Shown piece by piece: positions 27,347 through 33,574 of a stretch of DNA of 33,574 nt. The position numbers were made by a program, and so were the translations under genes. The DNA lies in the UHGV virus genome UHGV-0219389, one strand, 5' to 3'. The notes under the pieces are model-generated. The model was not told where the DNA came from and made no database searches. It was given only the letters and a program-made list of their open reading frames with translations. How positions within the stretch are numbered: position 1 is the stretch's first letter; each line of letters opens with the position of its first letter. The DNA comes from a virus.

Positions 27347-27625
27347 TTACTTATTGGCGTTTTTGTATGGGCTGTTTACTTCCTTTACTCCTGGCGGATG
27401 CATAACCCACCAGAGCACATCAGAGAGCAACCAGGAAACAGACACTTTCCCTAAATGAGCACGAGCAGGAAATGCTCCCTCCTGTTCAAGTACCCAACGT
27501 CTGCTTCTTGAAAGCCCGGTACGATTGGCACACTCATGTTCGCGTATACGGCGATCATACGGTTCGCCATGCTCTTTCAGAATCTGAATGCGTTCTTCGG
27601 GTGTAGGATAAATAAATTTTTGCAT
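27347..27625 (-). CDS. AlpA-family HTH regulator
   Basis: Start at internal ATG 27625 (MQKF...) with AGGTGA RBS; TGLSRS..W HTH pattern. Confidence 0.55.
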   Translation of the reverse strand: MQKFIYPTPEERIQILKEHGEPYDRRIREHECANRTGLSRSRRWVLEQEGAFPARAHLGKVSVSWLLSDVLWWVMHPPGVKEVNSPYKNANK

Positions 27626-27637
27626 AAAAATATCACC

Positions 27638-27665
27638 TATAAAAAAACCCGCCAAAAGACGGGTT
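27638..27665 (-). terminator. intrinsic terminator-like hairpin between the two AlpA-like genes
   Basis: Minus-strand stem AACCCG / CGGGTT followed by a 7-nt U-run. Confidence 0.45.
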
Positions 27666-27688
27666 GATTATATCTCATTTAATTTAGC

Positions 27689-27910
27689 TCAGGGTTTCCA
27701 TTCACCCTTTACCCATTCCAGCACCTCAGATAAGCGCCAGACTTTTGTTTGTGGGCCAATACATATTTTTCGTGGAAATTTTCCTTCCTTTTCAAGTAAC
27801 GATCTGTGTCTCCTGCCAAGAGCGGTTAACCATGCACATTCATCTTCCTTAATCATCCTGTCGATTGTTTTATCATTTTCAAGTTCTTCACGCGTAACTA
27901 TTTGAATCAT
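27689..27910 (-). CDS. excisionase/AlpA-like HTH protein
   Basis: Small ORF overlapping the integrase 3' end; AlpA-like pattern (ECAWLTALGRRHRSLLEKEGKFP). Confidence 0.5.
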   Translation of the reverse strand: MIQIVTREELENDKTIDRMIKEDECAWLTALGRRHRSLLEKEGKFPRKICIGPQTKVWRLSEVLEWVKGEWKP

Positions 27911-29111
27911 TACCGTCACCACTAATTAGCTTATTCAGATAGTCATACCACCAATTCATAGCTTCTTTTTTTCTGTCCATATACTGGCTTCTGTTATAAA
28001 CCCCGGCAACACCGCCTAATGTGTGCCCAAGCAACTGTTCAACCACATTATGTTCAAAACCATGATCACTTAGCTTTGTGGCAAACACTCTTCGCATATC
28101 ATGCGCCGTCCATTTCTCCGAGTGTTTCATCCTTTTCCATGTCTTACCGATAGTTACGCTTGCCGTACACTGACGCATATCAAACCCAATCACATTTTCT
28201 TTGTTACCTGTTATTTTTTTTAACGTAACTAACCAGTTAAACATGCCATCAGGAATCGGTCTGATTATTTCCCTGCCATTTTTGCTATGATCAGCGGGAA
28301 CGCGCCATAATTTCTTATCAAAATCCCACTCTCCCCAGGAGGACAGTAATACTTCTGACAGTCGACAACCAAAAACTACCAGGAAACGTAAAATAATTCG
28401 GTTTTCATATGATAATTCGTGATTGTCATAATCAGTATTAATACTTCGCCATAAATCTCTGATTTCATCATCTGTTAAAACCCTGCTTCTTCGCGCAGAC
28501 TTTTTTCCCACATCACAGACCTCAAGATCATCAATTTCATGACTAATCGCGTATTTTCTTACCCGACAAAATTTAAGCGCCTGTTTTGATATACGCAACA
28601 AAGCTCCGGCCTGTACAGGTGCTACTTTTTTTATTTTGTCAAAACACTTGATCCACATAGATATAGAGCAATCACTAAGTGGTACATGACCAATCACCGG
28701 ATAAATATGTTTACCAAAGCACTGCCTGATATGTTCTGCTCCCCTACGCTTATCCATTGCATAATTATCAAGCCAGTATTCAAGTGCCTCACGAACGGTA
28801 ACAGGTTGCAAGGTGGCTTCCCGTTCAATTTTTATCTGAATCCGTGGATCTCTGCCCTCCGCAAGCCAGGTTCGACACTGATCGCGCATCTCTCTCGCTG
28901 ATTTGAGACTCAGATCAGGATATTTCCCAAGTGTCAGCCAGATGGGCGCGGTTCCCCTTCCCGCCAGTCTGTAAAAGAAAACAAAACTAACACATCCGTA
29001 TTTACTGACCCGTACCGAAAGCCCGTTACCATCAGCGATGGTTTCCTGCCTCTCACTCCTGCGCCCAAGCAGGGAACGAAGTTTTTTATCGCTCAGTTTG
29101 TTTAGCGCCAT
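27888..29111 (-). CDS. int: tyrosine integrase (P4-type)
   Basis: N-terminal MALNKLSDKK...GNGLSVRVSKYG resembles P4-family integrase; C-terminal HDMRR...LLGH...Y catalytic region; start taken at ATG 29111. Confidence 0.85.
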   Translation of the reverse strand: MALNKLSDKKLRSLLGRRSERQETIADGNGLSVRVSKYGCVSFVFFYRLAGRGTAPIWLTLGKYPDLSLKSAREMRDQCRTWLAEGRDPRIQIKIEREATLQPVTVREALEYWLDNYAMDKRRGAEHIRQCFGKHIYPVIGHVPLSDCSISMWIKCFDKIKKVAPVQAGALLRISKQALKFCRVRKYAISHEIDDLEVCDVGKKSARRSRVLTDDEIRDLWRSINTDYDNHELSYENRIILRFLVVFGCRLSEVLLSSWGEWDFDKKLWRVPADHSKNGREIIRPIPDGMFNWLVTLKKITGNKENVIGFDMRQCTASVTIGKTWKRMKHSEKWTAHDMRRVFATKLSDHGFEHNVVEQLLGHTLGGVAGVYNRSQYMDRKKEAMNWWYDYLNKLISGDGNDSNSYA

Positions 29112-29116
29112 GTGAT

Positions 29117-30310
29117 TTATAACCCGTTTTTGCAATACACAGTGCAATACACAAATGATGAAAACAGCCAGAACCTTCCAGAAAAAACAAAAACGACGAA
29201 CAAGAAAAAATCTTTTTCTTTCATTTGGTTACTAAAAAAATCAGGACAGGTCGCACTGTTGTTACGGCGTGATGTTACTTTCTTGGTAAAAAAATTCACC
29301 CGCGCAGAGACCTGCTCCTTCGCTTTTTTCGCCAGACGACGCAGATCATCCCAGCGTTTACAGATGCCCAGGCCAGGATTCGCTTTCTGCCAGACCGTTT
29401 CATCAAACGGATCATCTCCCTCATCAAGCGTGTAAATGATCGCAAAGTAAGAGTCGTCTTTTACAGCGCCCTCCACGTCGCTGTTATAGCCTCGCAATAC
29501 CTTGATGGCGTAATCACGCTGCTCGTAACAAATCCCTTCCTTGTTAAAGCCAGCCGTGGTGATACCAAATAACAGGGACTGCAGACGGGCACCGGTTGCC
29601 GTTTCCAGAACGTCCCACACGTCGCGGGTTTTATGTGCATGCAGCTCATCAATAATGGCGCAGTGGATGTTCAGACCGTCCAGGTTGTTTGCATCCGAGG
29701 AAAGCGGTTCAAATTTTGATGCGCTCTGCTCCTGGTAAATCGCCAGCTTGTTGAAATCAAACAACCGCCCGAGTGTCGACCGGGCTTTTCTGACCATATT
29801 TTTGGCGTCTTCAAACACGATTCTGGCCTGGTCAAGCGTGGTTGCGGCTGAATACACCTCAGCTCCGCCTTCACTATCTGCCCCCGTCATATACAGACCG
29901 ATACCCGATGACAGGGTTGATTTTGCGTTTTTACGGGCAACTTCGTTGTATGCTGTCCGGAACCGGCGCACCATCACCGGGCGTCCACTGCCATCGCTGC
30001 GCATGACAACTTCCCCGGTTTCTTCATTCACCAGCGGAATGACAAAACCAAAAATATTAATGAGGATAAACACATGCCAGTCCATCAACTCAATGGGCTG
30101 ACCTGCCAGCGCCCCTTTCACATGGGGTACAAATTTGTAGAAATTAAGGATGTGCTGTGCACGAGGTTCACTGAAATAAATCCCCCGCTCTTCGCCGTAC
30201 TTCAGATCATCAAGAAAACGCTGGCAGGCCAGACGGACAAATTCGCCAGCAACAATTTCTCCTGCAACAACACGTTCGGCGTAGCGGATCCCGTCAGCCA
30301 CTTTTGCCAT
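29117..30310 (-). pseudogene. terminase large subunit, 3'-truncated (ATPase domain only)
   Basis: terL-like sequence through about residue 340 (..WQKANPGLG..), then low-complexity tail from AT-rich DNA abutting the integrase start. Confidence 0.65.
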
Positions 30311-30792
30311 CAGTCTCTCGCTTTTAAAAGCTCTGCCAGCGGATCAACATCATCCGGTCCGGCGGTATTTACTTTCGCCCGGCTTGCCGGTGACATACCA
30401 AACTCTGCAAGCATCGCCCGAATCCGCTTCCAGGCATCAGCCTTCATCGCAGCAGCCGGGTGTGCCTTGATCAGCACATCGCCATTCTGCGTTTTCGTGC
30501 GGTAGGTATAACCCTCAACATCGAGTATTTCGCAGTGATGCCGGTATTCGGTGTAGGCTTCCACCAGTAACTCGAGCGCACGTGCATCGAGCTGAGAAAT
30601 GATCCCTTCCGCATTCAGCTCTTCCGCCATTCGCCTGAACCAGTACTTCCCCTGCGCCCCTAAATGTTGCGGAATTTTAGGGAGACCTTTTTCATCCTTT
30701 TTAGCGGTTTTTTTGAGGTCTTTAACTGGCCGCTTTGAGGGGTTGCCTCGTATCAAATGCAGGCGTGGCGGGATTTTCGGGGGTCCAGACAT
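30310..30792 (-). CDS. terminase small subunit (P27-family-like)
   Basis: 160-aa ORF with stop overlapping the terL start; position between HNH and terL. Confidence 0.65.
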   Translation of the reverse strand: MSGPPKIPPRLHLIRGNPSKRPVKDLKKTAKKDEKGLPKIPQHLGAQGKYWFRRMAEELNAEGIISQLDARALELLVEAYTEYRHHCEILDVEGYTYRTKTQNGDVLIKAHPAAAMKADAWKRIRAMLAEFGMSPASRAKVNTAGPDDVDPLAELLKARD

Positions 30793-30939
30793 AATCGGTT
30801 TTACCTATCAATCATTTAATCACATTCCAAAAAAAAGTTTTCGAACCTGCGGCGATGCGAGGAAAGGTCAGGCGGCGGTACTGAGCAGCCAGGGTTGCAG
30901 AGATTTGACCTGCCCCTCCCCTACAGATGGGAACTGTTA

Positions 30940-31290
30940 TCAATTGATGCGTTCGCGCGCTGTTTTTGCTTTATGACAGGGCCAGCACAGACTCTGCAGG
31001 TTACTGTCTGCATCCGTGCCACCATGAGCTTTCGGAATGATGTGGTCCACAGTTCTGGCTTCAACGGCTCTCCCATTGCGCAGGCAGTTCTGACACAGAT
31101 GATTATCACGCTTCAGTATGCGCGCACGTATGGCATCCCATTTCGAGCCATAGCCACGCTGGTGGCGGCTCAGTCCGCGTTGATGCTGTACCCATCCTTC
31201 GCCACGATGTTTATCGCAGTAACCAGAACTGTCTGTGGTTGTACCTGCACATCCACGCTTACGGCAGGCGCGTGGGATTCGTGGGGGCAT
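30940..31290 (-). CDS. HNH endonuclease
   Basis: Motif CQNCLRNGR...DHIIPKAHGG...NLQSLCWPCH; start at ATG 31290 (MPPRIP) with GGAG RBS. Confidence 0.8.
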   Translation of the reverse strand: MPPRIPRACRKRGCAGTTTDSSGYCDKHRGEGWVQHQRGLSRHQRGYGSKWDAIRARILKRDNHLCQNCLRNGRAVEARTVDHIIPKAHGGTDADSNLQSLCWPCHKAKTARERIN

Positions 31291-31410
31291 ATGTACTCCA
31301 ATGAAGAAGCCACCGACATAGCCTCCTCCATTCATAGTGAAACTATTTTCATCTACCCAGTAATGAATTCTTTGTAGAGTTGTGATCAATACAACTCACT
31401 AATGGAGAGG

Positions 31411-31445
31411 CTTGTCCAACACGTTGGACAAGTTTCCTGTTTGAT
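31411..31445 (+). terminator. 10-bp inverted repeat (CTTGTCCAAC-ac-GTTGGACAAG) followed by a T-rich run
   Basis: Perfect arms at 31411-31432, then tttcctgtttgattt. Confidence 0.35.
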
Positions 31446-31815
31446 TTACTGGACACTATAGAAGGACAGAATGCCTTCATCACTCGAATAACATCAATTA
31501 AGGAGGTTCAACATGTTTCATTCCACAAATCATCAGGCTGTAATTATGGCTGCATCAGCTTGTGCCACAGACCTTTTCCGCTTCACTTTGAGCCTGATTC
31601 ATTTCTACCTGACCGGCTCGCCTCTATCTTTTTAATCCCCGCTTTATCCAAATTGCATTGCCAGAATGCCGACAACAGACTGACATTCAAATCCTGACTA
31701 CCTCCAATAGGCTGAGCATCCACCTATATAGTTTTAATTTTCATCAATCCATTTAACTATCGTTTAATTGTTGTCACATAGGATTCTGCCATTTTTAACA
31801 ATGCAGGATAATAAG

Positions 31816-32109
31816 ATGAAAAAAATGTTGTTTTCTGCCGCTCTGGCAATGCTTATTACAGGATGTGCTCAACAGACGTTTACTGTTGGAAACAAACCGA
31901 CAGCAGTAACACCAAAGGAAACCATCACCCATCATTTCTTCGTTTCGGGAATTGGACAGGAGAAAACTGTTGATGCAGCCAAAATTTGTGGCGGCGCAGA
32001 AAATGTTGTTAAAACAGAAACCCAGCAAACATTCGTAAATGGATTTCTCGGTTTTATTACTTTAGGCATTTATACTCCACTGGAAGCGCGTGTGTATTGC
32101 TCACAATAA
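31816..32109 (+). CDS. bor: Bor outer-membrane lipoprotein
   Basis: 97 aa; MKKMLFSAALAMLITGCAQQTFTV... with lipobox ITGC, nearly identical to lambda Bor as remembered; opposite strand to Rz as in lambda. Confidence 0.85.
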   Translation: MKKMLFSAALAMLITGCAQQTFTVGNKPTAVTPKETITHHFFVSGIGQEKTVDAAKICGGAENVVKTETQQTFVNGFLGFITLGIYTPLEARVYCSQ

Positions 32110-32140
32110 TTGCATGAGTTGCCCATCGATATGGGCAGCT

Positions 32141-32602
32141 CTATCTGCACTGCTCATTAATATACTTCTGGGTTCCTTCCAGTTGTTTTTGCATAGTGAT
32201 CAGCCTCTCTCTGAGGGTGAAATAATCCCGTTCAGCGGTGTCTGCCAGTCGGGGGCTGGTTGCATTATCCACGCCGGAGGCGGTGGTGGCTTCACGCACT
32301 GACTGACAGACTGCTTTGATGTGCAACCGACGACGACCAGCGGCAACATCAGCGCGCAGAGTTTCATTTTCAGCTTTCGCATTGGCTAATTCTCTCGAGT
32401 ACTTTGCATCGAGTGCAGCAACATCACGCTGACGCTGCTGCATGTCAGCGATGGTGGCGATCGCCTGCTTCAGCTCACTGACTTTTTTATCACGCTGTTC
32501 TTTGTAGGCGATGGCGTTATCACGGTAATGATTGACCGCCCACGACAGGCAGACGATGATGCAGATAACCAAAGCATAAATAATCGCGGCGACTCTGCTC
32601 AC
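32141..32602 (-). CDS. Rz: i-spanin Rz
   Basis: N-terminal transmembrane segment and coiled-coil periplasmic domain, near-identical to lambda Rz as remembered; probable GTG start at 32602 overlapping the endolysin stop. Confidence 0.8.
   Translation of the reverse strand: MSRVAAIIYALVICIIVCLSWAVNHYRDNAIAYKEQRDKKVSELKQAIATIADMQQRQRDVAALDAKYSRELANAKAENETLRADVAAGRRRLHIKAVCQSVREATTASGVDNATSPRLADTAERDYFTLRERLITMQKQLEGTQKYINEQCR
32200..32382 (-). CDS. Rz1: o-spanin Rz1 lipoprotein, embedded in Rz in the +1 frame
   Basis: 60 aa, lipobox VVGC, proline-rich KPPPPPAW, ends ..SPSERG, lying entirely inside Rz. Confidence 0.85.
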   Translation of the reverse strand: MRKLKMKLCALMLPLVVVGCTSKQSVSQCVKPPPPPAWIMQPAPDWQTPLNGIISPSERG

Positions 32603-33132
32603 TGCTCTATCCCCCAACAGGCTAATGCGCTTTCCTGGTCACGACGAATAACCTGTCCATAGCAGTTATTTGAACGTATGCGGCAATCGCGCCCACCATC
32701 TTTTATCCACCAGCGAATCGCCTCGCATGCGCCCTTACGATCACCGGCATTCAGCCGCTTATAAAACGTCGACGGGAAACACTTACCGGGGCCAATGTTA
32801 TAGGGACAGAATGACGCTATACCCGCTTTTTGTGGTTCGGTCAGTGGTACTTTAATATTGCGCTCCACCCATGCCAGCGCCTTATCACGCTCAATGGCGT
32901 TGACCTGGTCGCATTTTTCCTTCGACAGTTTCATACCGGGAAAAACGGGTTTTCCATCCACCATCGTGGCACCCCGACAGATGGTCCAGATGCCGGACCC
33001 ATCGCGGTATGCCGTTGTGTGGTTACCTTCTTTTTCATCCAGAAACTGGTCGAGAATATCAGGCGCGGGCGCACCGACGGCAATCAGTGCCAGAACGGCA
33101 GCCGACAGGCCGTATCTGATTTTTGCGTTCAT
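32599..33132 (-). CDS. endolysin (lysozyme), SAR-type
   Basis: 177 aa with N-terminal weakly hydrophobic segment [16 protein letters not shown]; resembles prophage RrrQ/RrrD-type lysozymes from memory. Confidence 0.8.
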   Translation of the reverse strand: MNAKIRYGLSAAVLALIAVGAPAPDILDQFLDEKEGNHTTAYRDGSGIWTICRGATMVDGKPVFPGMKLSKEKCDQVNAIERDKALAWVERNIKVPLTEPQKAGIASFCPYNIGPGKCFPSTFYKRLNAGDRKGACEAIRWWIKDGGRDCRIRSNNCYGQVIRRDQESALACWGIEQ

Positions 33133-33195
33133 GGATATTTATCAGGATTTATCGGTTTCTGCCCACGGACAGGTTTATCTGTTCCGGTCAGTGAC

Positions 33196-33546
33196 TTAAG
33201 GTTGTGATTCCGGAGGAGTCTTCAGAGAACCAGTAATTCTTCCCGGTAGCTTTCCTTTGTAGGTTATCCATACATTCTGCGCCTCTAAAATTACGGGGCG
33301 CTTTTCCGGCGACTGCTCATCCCCTTCACATAACCCGGCAGCAACATCCAGGAAGACCTGTCTGATGCTCATTCTGGCTGCTGCCTCATAAAACTCCAGC
33401 GCGGCACCTTCAACACGGTCCAGCGAGATGTCCAGGTCAAAAATTTCACCGTCAAAGCGTTTTTTGTCCCGTAACGCTAAAGTTACCGTAACTTTATTCT
33501 CAAAATTGCGGATCCCTTTCACAATCAGTTCATAGTTTTGAGTCAT
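33196..33546 (-). CDS. DUF1327 (YdfR-like) phage protein
   Basis: 116-aa ORF immediately upstream of the endolysin; placement between holin and lysozyme as in Qin-type cassettes (from memory). Confidence 0.4.
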   Translation of the reverse strand: MTQNYELIVKGIRNFENKVTVTLALRDKKRFDGEIFDLDISLDRVEGAALEFYEAAARMSIRQVFLDVAAGLCEGDEQSPEKRPVILEAQNVWITYKGKLPGRITGSLKTPPESQP

Positions 33547-33574
33547 TGAATTACTCTCCCCGTGCAGCCTTACG

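Larger units (their letters stand above)
21680..29295. mobile_element. P4/PICI-like integrative (satellite-type) element, possibly incomplete
   Basis: Minus-strand module: P4-type int, AlpA/Xis-like x2, Bro-N protein, regulatory region, small-ORF operon, primase-helicase-like gene, iterons, SSB-like gene; bounded by a terL break at the int side and the Mu-like end at the other. Confidence 0.5.
29296..33574. mobile_element. lambdoid prophage fragment (lysis cassette, bor, HNH, terS, truncated terL)
   Basis: Gene order and near-lambda Bor/Rz/Rz1 proteins. Confidence 0.7.

Noticed and set aside
29112-29300. tRNA gene or tRNA 3'-end att site next to the P4-type integrase
   Set aside because: The segment is A-rich and low-complexity with no tRNA-like acceptor or T-arm sequence; the junction lies in terminase coding sequence instead.
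29112-29435. 107-aa + strand ORF across the integrase/terL junction (and the + strand ORFs at 28686..28901, 29541..29738, 29748..30101)
   Set aside because: Antisense to the integrase and terL sequence or lying in the AT-rich junction; low-complexity translation and no RBS.
32120-32137. Hairpin TGCCCAT-cgat-ATGGGCA between the convergent bor and Rz genes as a bidirectional terminator
   Set aside because: No U-tract follows on either strand, so it is at most a weak structure.
1-33574. CRISPR arrays, rRNA or tRNA genes
   Set aside because: No regularly spaced short direct repeats with unique spacers and no tRNA- or rRNA-like sequence seen. The regular repeats present are the 21-bp-phased iterons and intragenic protein repeats.

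Overview
The window is a nest of three phage-type mobile elements, most likely from an Enterobacteriaceae chromosome (the Bor, Rz and Rz1 proteins look lambda-like from memory). (1) Bases 1 to about 21679 are the right arm of a Mu-like prophage on the + strand: terminase large subunit (cut by the window edge), portal, Mu F/G/I/T-like head genes, sheath, tube, tail chaperone with an overlapping alternative frame, tape measure, baseplate genes, tail fiber, tail fiber assembly protein, a Gin-type invertible tail-fiber segment with its invertase, and a putative Mu-type right end. (2) About 21680 to 29295 is a P4/PICI-like integrative element on the - strand: P4-type integrase, two AlpA/Xis-like proteins, a Bro-N antirepressor-like protein, a divergent regulatory region with palindromic operators and a small ribbon-helix-helix protein, a candidate small RNA, an operon of five small unknown ORFs, a primase-helicase-like protein, a 21-bp-periodic iteron array and an SSB-like gene. 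Its distal gene appears cut by the Mu-like end. (3) About 29296 to 33574 is a lambdoid prophage fragment on the - strand: DUF1327-like gene, SAR-type endolysin, Rz with embedded Rz1, bor on the + strand, HNH endonuclease, terminase small subunit, and a terminase large subunit truncated at the integrase-proximal junction. No rRNA, tRNA or CRISPR array was found. All protein calls rest on recognisable sequence features and gene order read by eye; no database search was run. Hand-derived site coordinates may be off by 1-2 bp.
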